This document shows, piece after piece, positions 26,939 through 39,848 of a stretch of DNA of 64,000 nucleotides. Under the pieces are notes generated by a model. It ran no database searches. It was given only the letters and a program-made list of their open reading frames with translations, and had not been told where the DNA came from. A program made the position numbers and the translations under genes. Position 1 is the first letter of the stretch. Each line of letters starts with the position of its first letter. Source of the stretch: Phoronis australis. Lineage: Eukaryota; Animalia; Phoronida. The DNA is taken from NCBI GenBank assembly GCA_002633005.1, contig NMRA01000036.1, positions 664,440 through 728,439 on the forward strand, read 5' to 3'.

Positions 26939-27960
26939 TCAACACAGTGGTACCTAACTGTATTTTGACAATAGTCCTACAGCTAGCTGGCTGGCTAAGC
27001 AGGATGATATGTCATCCAACACAGTATCCACGTTTCAATTAAAATTGCACGCCCATCTTCTGTTTCTTGAAGCCAGGCCCGCTCTTTCTGCCATTCAGAT
27101 TCAAAGTCCCACTTTCTCATGTTTTCCTTATAATCTGTGTGATATTTTTTTTTCCGCCGCTACATTGTTGCTCTTGACAAATGGAAATGAGAACACGCAA
27201 GACGTTAGCACGTGCACCAGTCATACACATGTTAACGTGCGTATCATGATTCTTCCTAGAGCAGTTTTCAAGGGATGGGAATAATATACTCGTCTTGCCA
27301 GTGGCCACTCCGAAAAATACTGGCTGTACTGCTAAATCATATGGCTTGACCAAAATACGGAAAAAGCATTTGCACCTGAAAATCTCATGGCCGCAGGAAA
27401 TAGACTCTATAGTCTGTAGCTAAAAATTGCGATATTTTATTTTGCTAATAATTATAGCAAGGATATTATGCTTTCAATCTTATTATTTATGCAATGAATA
27501 ATCTTGGCTACAATTACACTGTACAATAAGAAGTCAGTTAGAAGAAATGTGGTATTTCACTTGTTGTGAGCACATGGACTGGTCTTCTGCCTCCCCCCCC
27601 TTTTCTTGGTTTCGGACTAATCCACCTTTGTGCAGGATCCACCACACGTCGCACTCACTGTGACCTTTTGTCTAGAAAAATCGCATAACGGTTAACATCT
27701 ACTGTAGGAGCGCACTGCACTGATGTTTTTTACTGGCGGAGCATCGACACGCGGACCAAACAAACTTAAATTCGTGATAAAAACAGCACAAGCAGGAGAA
27801 AATTTATTCATTAACGTCTGGGAAACGATATAGTGATTTTGTGCTCTGAAAGTTCGCTCTGCCGCTGGGCGACCGGCAAGTGAACTTCTACTCGCCCAGC
27901 ACCATTTTTACTCGCATTGGCGACTGGGCGAGTGGCTAAGTATATCCCTGTTATAGACAG

Positions 27961-29380
27961 CAGGGCTCGATGCTATGAAAATCACCAGGTCGCATTTTGC
28001 GACCAAGCCAAAATCCTAGGTCGCATTTTCAAAATTCAGCTCGCATTCATAAATTCCAGGTCGCGAAAATTTCCCGCCATTTTTACGGACCAAAATTGGC
28101 TTTTACGTCATAAGAAAATGCCTAGACTATGCTCTTGCAACGTTAAATACTCACAAATTTCATGTCGCAAAACTGAGTTCTTACAAGCATATCATGCATG
28201 CACTGCGTTACCATTCTTCGCTGGCGCCATCCAGTGAAAGACCCTGGAGCGCAAGGCAGTTGCCGACGTGAAAGTTAAATCAGTGCCCTCTAACTGACAC
28301 ATGCATTCGATTAGCTAAGTGTGCAACGTGAAAAAGAAAAAAATACGTTGAAAAAGTATCCGCGACTTTTCTAGGACTGACTTGCTATATGACTGTCATC
28401 AAAGTCGTTAAAGATCCAAAGATTGATAACTCTGCTGAGTGGGAATTCCTTCCATTTGTTCGCAGGCCAAACTTTTCAACTCAACGATTGAAAAAACATC
28501 CTGTCGGAAGAAATTCGTGAAACGTTGCCCTACTCGCTGAATGACATATTGATACGCGGAAACAATTCACTGCAAATTTCACACCAAAAAAATGTGGGAC
28601 TTATGCTGTTTACCGGTACGTAGTCAATTAGTTTTCCATGAAATAAAAAGCCTCGAAATGATTTCCGACGGTGCGGGTTTCTACTATTCTGCCGAAAGCG
28701 CTTAAAGACATGCCCGTCGTTTGGCGATTAATTCGGATGTCATTTTCACATTTGCTGTCTTTCACAATAAAAAACGAGACGCATTTTTCCAAGTCACGAC
28801 GATCGTCTGCCGGGACCACTTTCCGGCACTAACTTTGGAACCGACCAGTGCCGCAGTGCAGTCAGGCATATTGCCGTGGTTGTTGCCGTAATTTGATATT
28901 AAGGACACCTTACATGAAAAATAAATGTTTTTCCACCACTAAGCTTGGTAATTTCGTCGTTTAAGAATTAGTAGAAACACCGCTGCTTTCTGACGTATTA
29001 TCACGTGTTATTCCGAGGTCCGAAACTTTTTTCGCCACATCCGGAAATTTGCAAAAAGCCGAAAGTATTGGTCAATAAAATGCGTCAAAGACCAATTCTG
29101 CATTCCTTTGTTCATGCAACATGTTTACAAGTCATCGGGAGCGCTTTTCTCAATGAATGTTCTTTTGAACTTCATTTGGCAACAACAAAATAACGGTCGG
29201 AATCACCCGGGTTGCTCTATGTTTCCCAGGTATCTGCCGCGAAGTTTAAAAACTCAGCTCGCATACGTTGGAAATTCCAGGTCGCATTTTGTGACTTAAT
29301 GCGAGCTGGCCAAAATCTCAGCTCGCATTTCCAAATTTCAGGTCGCAAATGCGACCTGCAGCTCGTTATGTCGAGCCCTG
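27961..29380. mobile_element. hAT5-like element, CAGGGCTCGA family copy 2 (inverted relative to copy 1), TSD GACAG
   Basis: TIR CAGGGCTCGA...TCGAGCCCTG with GACAG at 27956-27960 and 29381-29385. Confidence 0.9.
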
Positions 29381-30582
29381 GACAGTAACCAGCGTCTCTT
29401 CTCTAACCAGCCAGCTGGCTGTATGAAAACTATTGTCAAAATACAGCTAGGTAGCTGTGTTTTGATCTCCAGCAGACCTCGAAATTTAACACAACCTGGG
29501 TAGTTCTGTTTGACACCTCGTCGTGAAACCTATATCAACATGTAGAGCTATTGACGGGCGGGGCTGGATGCAAAATCTGGGAGTCAGCCGACATTCACCT
29601 TGCCCGTTGCATCTGTTTTAAAGTGAAAAACAATCTAATAAACATCATTTGATTTGCGTCATTCTCTGCCTTTTGTAACAAAGAAAAGTCTGTCAACATT
29701 TCGGAAACAGTATGCTAGTGTCACACGCACTTGACATTTCACTAAACTTTTGTGACAACAGCTTCGCAGCACCAAAATTTGTTCTGAAATTTGGTTTGCT
29801 GGCATCAAAATAACAAAAACTTGTAAAGAAATGAAACCATTCCGATAATCTGTTGTGACATGTACGCAACCTCGTGGAAGAGAAGCATTACTTCATTTTC
29901 CCTGTTGAGCCCAACAACAAGTTCAAGGGAGGATGACCCCTGTAGCCAGTATCTTACATGACTGATTAATTCCATTCTGGCATTTATGGTTGGAGGGCCA
30001 GCTCCCTTTTGTTCGATAATTGCTCTAATCTCCAATCACATCCTATCTAGCCTGACTGGGCTCTGTTGCTAAAAGTAAAACTTAAGTTGTAACATATTTG
30101 AACGTAAACCAATAACATTTATGAATTCCTCATCAAATGCCGATCGTTTTTGAATCACCAAAAGAGCCCAACTACAACGGAAGTTAAGACAATCTATTCT
30201 CTCCAGACATATTACCAACGCACTGTGTTTGACTGTTCATACGTGGATGGTAATAGGGTGCAACCAGCATACGTTTCATAACTTACATCCACGACACGCT
30301 ACATACAGAATTCTTGTATTTGATCCAATAAGTTGTTTTTAGCAGTATGTTATTTTAATAAAGATATTGCACCTCATTTTATTTTGTTACGCGCATTTAA
30401 ATTATTGTCACAAAGCTAAGGTCACATGGTTCCTGTATGTGCCGATTTTTGCACGTTGTATGCCCGGAACATTAAAACGTATTAATGCGATGTTTAATGT
30501 TCAGTTTTAATGATTCAGTTTTATGGCGACAATCGGCATCTCAACATTTTTAGTACACAGGCTTTCCTCAGTGATGTGTGCG

Positions 30583-31620
30583 TTTTTATGCGCCCACGTA
30601 TTTATGTGTTCGCATATTGCTATCATCTCGGTCTGGGTGTCCGGCATCCTCAGCTGTATCTCCTAAACCCCTGATAGGATCTTGATGAGATTTGGCAGAC
30701 TTGTTCCTATCAAGCTGACGACGGATGGCGACAAATTTGGGACATCTCCGATTACAGGTGTGCACCCTAGTGGCAATTTTAGTTTTTTATGCTTACCTAT
30801 ATCTTCGGAGGTCCGCAACGTATTTTCACAAAATTTGGATTATAGGCATCTATTAGTGAGATGACCCTATCTTCTCGTTTTCAGATGGTTTTAATGTAGT
30901 TAGCGCCACCTAGTGAACATTTTTACTGTTTTGGAGTCTGTTTTTTGACGTCCACCCCTCTATTAACCAAAGGGCTCTAAGGATGATTGTGAAAATCACC
31001 GTATCACCCTGTATGTTCTTACTATGAAAAGTATGAGTGACGATAATTTTCCGACGACCTCAACTATTGTGGCGCCTCCTAGTGGCAGCTTTTTTTTGCG
31101 CCCATGGCTGTATCTCCTGAACCATTTGCAGGATCTTTATTAATTTTAGGAAGTTTATTTATATGATGTTGATAAGGAATGACAACGACTTTTGCTATGA
31201 TGGGACTACTGGTGCTTCCCCTAATGGCAATTTTAATTTTTTACGTAAACCTCTGTATCTTCGCAGGTCTTCAGCGTATTTTCACAAAATTTGGAATATA
31301 TAGGCATCTATTAGTGGGATGATGGTATCCTCCCTTTTTCGATTGGATTTGAGGTATTTAGCACCACCTAGTGGCCACTTTTACTGTTTTCGAGTCTGCT
31401 CTTTGGCATCCACCCCTCTATCAACCAAACTGCTCTAATTGTGAAAATCAACATGTATGTTGTTACAATGAAGAGGATGGCCGGAGATGATTTTCTGATG
31501 TCTTTGACTACTGTGGCGCCTCCTAGTGGCAGTTTTGTTTTTTTTGCGCCCATGGCTGTATCTCGGTTTGTAGGATCTTTACCAAATTTAGCAAGTGCAT
31601 TTATATGATGTTGACAGAGA
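30583..31620 (+). mobile_element. HINE-like copy of the same family, 3' truncated
   Basis: TTTTTATGCGCCCAC start and the same core repeats (CCTAGTGGC, TAGGCATCTATT). Confidence 0.8.
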
Positions 31621-31789
31621 AAAGAAATAGACCAACAGCCCAGAGCACTTAGCATAGATGAATGAGGTACCAACATCTCACCACAGGAGCACTTAGATTC
31701 CACCTCAGTATACAGAAATGGACGTCTGCCATTGTCTGCACTCTGGTTGTGACCCCTGGGGACCTTACAAGGGGGCCAAAAATGAGCAA

Positions 31790-32960
31790 GATTAGATATT
31801 CGAGGTACCGACCAAAACTGATTTAAAACGGACAATAGTACGGCAGTGAATACCGAATGACCCATGACAGACAAATTGCACTTTGGAAAGGATCCGGCAG
31901 AAACCAAAAAGGGCCATTCTCAAATGCTCTAGCCCACACATTCGAGGTAACACACAAATCAATCCCATGTGATTCAATACATGTCACTGATCACTAAATG
32001 CCCCATGACACTGAGACAAAATGCACTCTGGGTTGTGCCCGCCAGAAACGCCCCAAAATTTCAACTACCGAATGCCATTGAAAGTTTGAGCTAGATTAGA
32101 TATTCGAAGTACCAGCCAAAACTGATTTAAAACGAACAATAGTAACACAATGAACACCGAATGACCCATGACAGACAATTTGCACTCTGGAAAGGGTCTG
32201 CCAGAAACCCAAAAAGGACCCCCAAAAATGAGCTAACTCATATATTCGAGGTACCACAAAAACAATTCCATGTAATTCAATACATGTCACTGATCGCTAA
32301 ATGCCTCATGACGGACAAAATACACTCTGGGTTGTGCTCGCCAGAAACCCCGAAAACTTCAACCACCGTAACCCATTGAAAATTTTGCTAGATTAGATAT
32401 TCTAGGTCCCAGCTAAAACTGATTTAAAACAAACAATAGTACTGCACTGAACATCAAATGTCCTATGACAGACAAATTGCACTCTGGAAAAGGTCCGCTA
32501 GAAACCCAAAAAGGAACCCCAAAAATGAGCTAGCTCATACATTCGAGGTACCACAAAAATCCAAGGCAATGTGATTCATTACATGTCACTGATCACTAAA
32601 TGCTCTTGGTTGTATCTGCCAGAAATAAAAGAAATCTCAACCACGGTATGCCAATGAAAGTGTGAGCTACATCACTAGTAGATATTTAAGGTACCGGCTG
32701 ATTTAAAACCAAACATTGTGTAGCAATGAACACTAGATAACCCATGACACACAAATTGTCCTCTGGAAGGGGTCCACTAGAACTCTCAAAAACGATGCCT
32801 AAAAGGGAGCTAGCTCATACATACGAGGCACCACAATAAACAATTCCATGTGATTCAGATAGAAGGTATTGGTTTCTAAATGTCCTGTGACAGACAAAAA
32901 CCCATTCTGGGTTGTGCGTGCTAGCCCCAGAAATCTCAACCACGTAATTCTGTTGAAAAC
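31790..32960. repeat. ~300-bp satellite-like tandem array, 4 copies with a ~150-bp internal sub-period
   Basis: AGATATT...GGTACC...CTGATTTAAAAC starts at ~31790, ~32094, ~32391 and ~32680; a second TTCGAGGTA occurs mid-unit. Confidence 0.9.
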
Positions 32961-33599
32961 GTGACAGATAATGAAGATCCCGGTTAAATCTTGGTGGAGT
33001 TTTGTAGAATCAAGAATTTAGATAAGGGGGTTGTTGTCACGTGCATAGTTTGCAGTTCATGGTGAAATCTTGTATTTCTATAATACTTTCGCATCTACTA
33101 AACTGTCCTTGCCAGGAACTGTCAAAAATCAACCCGTTGAGTGATGATTAACGGCTGCAGCTAGTGCGGAGCTATTGAAACTGCCAGCAGGAAAGATGTA
33201 CTTCACAGGGCCATGATGGCAGACGATTAACATACTGAACAAGTGTTTTCCTCCCATTCTTTTGGTTTATGTCCATTTCACAAATCTGTGCGTCTGAAAA
33301 GCACTGCGATGTTCCTTCAGCTATGTTTAAGAGCTATAGTATTGGCTGTTGTGTATTTATGCAAGTACAAGTTGCTAGCCAGCCAGCTACATGCATGAAG
33401 GATTGAAGACTAACATCAAAATTCAGCTAGGGACCGCTCTGTGTTCATCTCGTATAGACTTCAAAATTTCACACAGCCCCTGTAGTTCTGCTAATCAGTT
33501 GGAGCGTGACTCCGTCGTGACATTATGTCCTTTGGCGCGAGCAATGTAAAAATAGCCAGTTGCCGAGTTGGACCACTGCAGGAAGGACTGTTTGAAAAT

Positions 33600-33850
33600 G
33601 TTTGACTGTGGTAGTATTTGTTCGAGCTGGGAAGACTTAAAGACGTCAACTGTCTCCTTAGGTGTCCCTCTATGCTCAACTGGAACTTACAGCAACATGA
33701 CTGATGGTTTAATCAAAGTTAGGCATAATTCTCGGTAAAGCTTCTGGTGTATGGAGGATCTATAGGATGACCACCATCTCTGCTGGGGCCAGTTGACGTG
33801 GAGGTGCTGTCTACGTGAGTGCATGACTCTGGAGACAATGTCTAGTCAAC
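33600..33850 (-). pseudogene. Possible decayed hAT transposase C-terminal dimerisation-domain remnant
   Basis: Fragments across frames (RWWSSY...KLYRELCLTL; VAVSSS; HLRRQLTSL) loosely resemble W....YP.L...L..PVSS...ER.FS.LRR; several stops. Confidence 0.25.
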
Positions 33851-34143
33851 ATAATTTGAACATATCCATGAAAATCTGTCGTAGTTCACTCGAGCTTCCA
33901 TCAGCGGGTGCTGTTTCAAGGAAGTTCCACAAAATCATGCCTGTTGACGGAAAAAGTCCAAGGAACAAAAGTCCTACACACAACACGGGATATCTTCCTA
34001 TGCTTCCTTTTTGCAAGTGTTGTAATGCGTGACTTTCAGGTCTCACGTACAGCCATATAAACCCTCTCTCAATTGCTTGCCAAGTGACAATTGCCTCTTG
34101 GCTGAGCGGTTTGGATGCTTGGCTCTGACGCGGGATATCTGGT

Positions 34144-34765
34144 CAGTGCTCAACGCTATGAAAATCTCCAGGTAGCATTTTGCAACCTTGCCAAAATCCC
34201 AGTTTGCATTTTAAAAATCCAGCTCGCATTCCTAAAAGCTAGGTTTCAAAATTTTACCGCTATTTTGACACGCCAAAGTTGGTCTTTTAGATGATCGAGA
34301 AAATATTTAGGTTGTGGTCTTACCTATGGCATTAAATACTCTCAAATTTCAGGTCACAAAATTGAGTTCTTACATGCATGTATAGCATGACTTTTCTTCA
34401 CGACCGCCATTGACAGGTTCTAGAACTCAACGTTTGAATAACAACCTGTCACAAAAATTCGATGAAACGTTGCCCTAGCTGAATGACATATTTTGATGCG
34501 CGGAAACAATAGCAGTGCAAATTTCACAACAACAAATATGGGACTTATGCCGTTTACGTATTCAACAATTAGTTTTCCATGAAATAAAAAGCCTTCAAAT
34601 ATTCCTGACTGAAAGGTTTCCATCAGGTAATTTGGACCTCAATACCTTTCATGTACAGGAAAAATTGGTCAGTCACAAAATGTCACGCTTGTCACTAAAG
34701 TCAACTTTCTTTCGGAGGTATAAGCAAAGTCAGGGTTTGGTTTTTACATATTGGGAAAAGACTTG
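34144..34765. mobile_element. Truncated copy 3 of the CAGGGCTCGA family
   Basis: CAGTGCTCAACGCTATGAAAATC start, colinear with 27961-28660 with an internal deletion. Confidence 0.75.
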
Positions 34766-36299
34766 AGTCGTCTGATTTGATTATTACAAGAGAAATTAAC
34801 TTGAGTAGGTTGAACACACTGGATTTATTGTGTCATTTTAATGGAATTGCTTTGTATGATATGTTGTAATGATATTTAAATAGTGTAATTATTGTCTATA
34901 TATTTTGAGGATGTACTAAGGTATAAATTCTGCAATTTGTGGACAGTCTCTTAAATTTGGGACCAAGTAATTTAAGCAAAAATTCCATTTGATTTTTCCT
35001 ATATACTGGGACACAATGGATTTGGGAAGCATTTTGTATATATTGATCAATAGAGTCTGAAAATAGACTTTAATTGTCTGTTCATAAAGTCAAATAAAAT
35101 GGCTGCCAACGCAACTTTTTATGCCTGCCTAGATGAATGCATGATCGTTTGCCATTTATGGTAATTCTTGAACTTGGGATGACGAATATTGCATGTTTTT
35201 AAAATTAGGTACATAAGTTCTGACCTTGAGCACTTCACTGTCCCAAAACTAGAGATTTTCTTTGGTAGGCTCACTCTCAGTAGTTACTATTTTTTGTAGA
35301 ATAACACAGCAACTTAATAATAGATATTTGGTCAATTTTCTGTAATTTCAGTTTCTGTTAAAGAGAAATAGTAAAAAAGTTGTTTGGAGATGGCCTCCAC
35401 CTGACCACAGACAGGCCCTAGGAAAAGTTAGATATGGTTTCTTCTATGACTCATCTCGTACACCATTGTTGTGAATGAGATTCTCATGCACTTATTCTAA
35501 ACCATTTTACAGAGCTTGAGCCTTGACCACTTGTCGTTTTGTCGGTGAAAGAGCTCCAGAGTAGCTCACACAGATTCTCTATTGAGGCAAAGGAATTTTC
35601 ACCACTCTACCTAGAATGTGTATTGATTCTAATGAGAACTAAAATGTGTGACCTATATGTTTATAAATACTCTGATACCATGTTTGTGGGTCAAGTATGC
35701 CTCAGCTTTAAATGCCTCATTTTGTATTGGTGAATATTGGTGCATTACTTATCATCACCTAACTCTTGCTTTGTCATTGTGTTATAAAGAACAAGGCATG
35801 TAGTTGTCCTTTGGTCCTTCATTCAAAGCCTAGGGGTTAATATGAACCTAAATTCAAAGACACTTGACCTGTGACCCATATTTTCAGCTTGTAATGTTCA
35901 ACCAATCACTGCTGTTGTTTATATAAATGATTGATGCCTGTCAGGCATTTAACTCCTCCCAATAATCTAATCCACATGGCCTGTGGTCAACAGTGAAGAC
36001 ACCCTCCATTTTGTTTTGTTGGTCAAAAACTGACTAGGTTGTTAATAACTAGTTGAAATCTACATTCAGGGTGTTCTTTATGACTGTTGTTTACAGTCAG
36101 GGAATTGTAAATTGCCGCTGTGTTGTCTGTGGTAAGTTTTTCTTGGTCACAATGTACTAGGCAACATGTGTTCAGGTCATCATTGAGGATAGAATGTATC
36201 ATGCACTGTGTGTAGCATGTGTAGCCAAGCAGCCCTCTTTCAATGGCTTGATTTCCCTCAGTTGAGTTTTCTTAATCACTATCTTGGTTAATTTGATAA

Positions 36300-38000
36300 A
36301 GCGGGAATTTGTCAAATAAACTTTGTTCGCCTGTTCGTTTAGAGGTCATGATCTGCTTCGTGTCAAACATTAACTACAACCAAAACACCAAGGAATGCTA
36401 ACAGTATGTGTTTTCATGGATGGGCCAAGACTTGGAATATTCCATGGAAACGCAGATTTCCACTGTTTTCTCTTATTCCCTCCGTGTATTTTTGTTATAT
36501 TTCCACGGGAAAAAATCGGATTTGACATAAAATTGTCACGGCAAATTGTTTTCTTGCCGCAGCGTTGCCGACCACTCGAGAAGCGGAAACTGCCCTTTAT
36601 GTTTCGGAGTAATAAAAATTGTAATTGCCGGGTCACCTGTGATCACAGGCGCCCGAATTTCCCGATGACTGTTAACCATACATTAGAAACATGTTTTCTT
36701 AGTAGTGAGTGACGTCAGTGGCGATTGAGGATCAGATAAATTCAAGCGCCTGTGCCTGTGATAGCATGTTTCATCAATGGTGTCTGCATGTGGTGTAAAA
36801 TGGCAGTGGCAAATGGTGCGATTGTGCAGTCAAAAATGCGTGGAGTGTGAACAAGGTACGTAAACTACACGGTTAACGGACTCATAAACACGGGTCACGG
36901 ACGCATGAACTGAGACTCACGGACCTACAAACACCATCCACTGACTCACAAACACGGGAACAGACTCAGAAAACACGATCCATTCACCCAAATACACGGG
37001 TCACGGACTCATTGGCTTCCTGGGTCAGCTGACATCTACTATTTGTCCGTAAACCGTGTTTGGTGGTCCGTTAACCGTGTTTCTTCATGAATGTGAGTCC
37101 GTGTCCCGTGTATTTGGGTGAATGGATCGTGTTTTGTGAGTCATTCGCGTGTTTGTGAGTCCGTTAACCGTGTAGTTTAGGTACCTTGGTGGAGTAGACA
37201 GAATATTTTGTGGAAAAGTGGATAAAAGAAATGGTCAATGTCTTCACAAACAACATAACTCAAGGTTTGCGCTCTGTAAACTTTGATAGAGGAACAATTA
37301 AGGAGTGCGTGGCCGAGTCACTTTGGACTAAGTTGGAGTCGGAGGACCGACAATGAAACACTAGAAATAACAACGCTTCCTGAAAGGAAATTCAACTGTA
37401 TCCGGTTATTCGTTGGATTGGAATCGTGGGATGTGAGTGATGTATGAAAATCCATTGTTTGATCCCACGTGCGCGCCCGTTGGCTGCTAGTGCTATGCCT
37501 GACCACCTGAGTGTGATTTTCTCTGTACCCCCGATATGGGATACAATGTGGTATTTTTGTTGCTGCAGATGTGTTTTAAATTGCCGTTTATTCACACGGC
37601 GGACATTAAAATCTAAATCGAGGCTCACTGCGATAAAAAAGCGGAAGTTGACATTGCGCGAGTTAAATAGCCGGTCTTTCGAGTCCAACCTGGATATTAA
37701 ATTTTAATAATGTGTCAACAATTAAACACAGAGAGACGTAGAAATTTACATTAGAGAACAAGTTAAGCGCCAAAGATTTGTCTGACGAAAGGGTTTAATT
37801 TTTTTTCGGAAAACTAGTTTCGAAACATGAAAAGTAAATATAACCAAATTGCGGCGATTGTAGTGTTACGAATTAGGTATTATCATGCTGAATGAAGGGT
37901 TACGTTTTTTCTTGTAAATTGTTGATCAAAATACTTATACGCGAACCAGGTCGTCTGCTCGTATTGTTGACGTGTTGAATACATATTCAACAGTGGTGGC
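36300..38000 (+). promoter_or_regulatory. CpG-rich probable ZMYND8 promoter and non-coding 5' exon region
   Basis: Locally CpG-rich with ETS-like GCGGAAA/GCGGAAGT (~36582, ~37641), upstream of the first candidate coding exon, which has a splice acceptor before its ATG. Boundaries are approximate. Confidence 0.4.
36852..37188. mobile_element. 337-bp foldback MITE built of AAACACGG/CGGACTCA subrepeats
   Basis: TIR CAAGGTAC(G/C)TAAACTACACGGTTAACGGACTCA at both ends and further internal inverted matches. GTGGAGT lies near both flanks but does not form a clean TSD. Confidence 0.85.
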
Positions 38001-39775
38001 TGTCATGTGCAATTAGTCACATCTGGTTTAATTTGTTGATCAAGAATATTAACATCAAGCATAGCCTGATCCTATGCACTCACTCACTGGGACTAACAGT
38101 TGATTTGTCATTAATCTGAAAGAATAATTGATGTTATTAAATATATTTCTTATTAAAATAAAAAACAGGCTATTATAATAATTGAAAATAAAGATTATTT
38201 GACCATCAATTCTGCTTTCTTGGTTGTAATAATTCTTACGCCTATTTCACGTGTTAGGTTTCAAATATCTGGACCAAGTTGAATTTTAAAATTAAAACAC
38301 CTAATTCGTTCGTCTAAATCATAACCTCGTTTTAGAACTCAATTTCAGTTAACTGGACAAAGCAATCATAGTTATCATGTTTCTCCAGGAGCCTCGTTCA
38401 TTCGAGGGGAAAGGTGCCAGTGCCTACTGACAGGCGATTTTTTTCGCCGAATGAAGGGAACAATCTACCTCCGGATCACCATCAATAGCACCCCCGCCCT
38501 GTTGCAAGCTCTCATAGGCTCTGTCTCAATTTAAAGTAGCCTTTTGTGCTCTTAAAAGTTGTCACCTGTGTGGTTACAGGTGATGTGAACTTGGAGAAAA
38601 TTTTTCACTGGGATAATTTTTATGCCTCGTGGGGGGAATTTCGCGTGATATTTCAATATTTTTGAGAGGGGAATAGGGCCGATATTGGGCCCCAAATTTG
38701 AGGGATTGAGGGCCATATCCTTTTTCGAAAGAAAAATTATAATGTTTCAACCCGTACTCATGAAAACACAGTCTGGCTGGCCCATTCTCCAGTCGTTACT
38801 ATGACTGCTTGGCAACCGAGATACGACAAAATATGATTTAACTTTTCGAAAACATTTATAAATATTACACGGACACATTTTGCTTCGTCACGGCATATGG
38901 CAACGACCCAACGCTTCCGAATCTCAACGTCTTTAGTGATTGTAAAGAAGACTGTTGAGTGTCCGTATTTTTTCTAGCCGTTCGCGGAGCAATGACGCGG
39001 ACTGAAATACAACTAAGTTGATAAGCTAACAGAGTTATCGTAGCGAGCCTCGTTTTGGAACGCGCCTCCTGTTGGCGTGAATTGGGGTCTATAGTGTTCA
39101 AAAGTTAGGGCCAGTAACATACTTTTGGACCAAGTCAACAGGTGCAGATAAAAAATGATTCTTCATGCTGTATATTCTGTAGAATTTCAAATTACTTTGT
39201 CACTATTGCAGTTTATTATGAAATAGTAAAACATGGACATCACGTGCACTAACAGCGGACCTGTTTTCATGAAATTGGTTATTTGCACATTAATATTGTC
39301 CCACTGAAATAGGGTGTGGAATACCAGTGAATCAGAGTGGCCACTAATTATTTCGGAAGTGGCTATTCAGCAGTTATTGGTAGCAGACATCACATTTCTG
39401 TAGATTTCCTGAAACTTATTATTCTATGCAAATTGTACTTTTTTTTCATTTAAATGGCTTGTACAGTAACACGTCACTAAACATGGCAGAAACGTAATTT
39501 TTTTTGTTTTTCCACAAAATATGGTGCTTGACCATATCGACTGCTGTTCTTAAGCAACCACTATATAATGTTTTGTTGTCAATCACAACAGAATTAGAAA
39601 ATAATTATGTTAAGTGCAATTTTGGCAAATACTTTTGTGCGAAATCAGTGAGACTTGGTGATGTGCTGCATTCCAGATTCCCTGTGAGTCACTTGAGTAG
39701 TAAGAGTGTTTGTTTGATCTACCAACTGTGATTCATGCAAGCAGTACAGACACCATGTGACCTACTTTCAGGCAA

Positions 39776-39848
39776 ATGGATACCACTGTGACTACCAGAC
39801 TACGCAAGGCCAACAGTTGTGAAAAGGACAAGTTTTTACTCAACCAGG
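39776..39848 (+). CDS. ZMYND8: Candidate ZMYND8 first coding exon (MDTTVTTRLRKANSCEKDKFLLNQ)
   Basis: tttcAG acceptor at 39770-71, ATG at 39776, GTAAGA donor at 39849. The phase 1 end fits the next exons, but there is no recognisable homology. Confidence 0.5.

Larger units (their letters stand above)
23701..27000 (+). mobile_element. Unclassified ~700-bp interspersed repeat split by the 24347-26938 insertion; other copies at 29381-29885 (-), 33375-33490 (-) and 44402-45140 (+)
   Basis: GCGCTGATGTGGGTAAAA start and colinear similarity with 44402-45140; the sequence resumes at 26939 after the insertion. Confidence 0.75.
23010..27950. mobile_element. hAT5-like non-autonomous element, outer shell of a nest, 5-bp TSD TTATA
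   Basis: TIR CAGGGATATAC...GTATATCCCTG, with TTATA at 23005-23009 and 27951-27955; subterminal CTCGCC/GGCGAG motifs at both ends. Confidence 0.85.

Noticed and set aside
31368-31907. 179-aa ORF, the longest in the track
   Set aside because: It runs across HINE core repeats and a satellite junction, so it is a chance open frame.
34093-34143. tRNA gene or tRNA-derived SINE head (A-box-like TGGCTGAGCGG)
   Set aside because: No B box or cloverleaf; the sequence is cut by the element at 34144, leaving too little to call.
38389-38433. Possible extra ZMYND8 exon after TTTCTCCAG
   Set aside because: No convincing donor and no homology; it could be a UTR exon but is unsupported.
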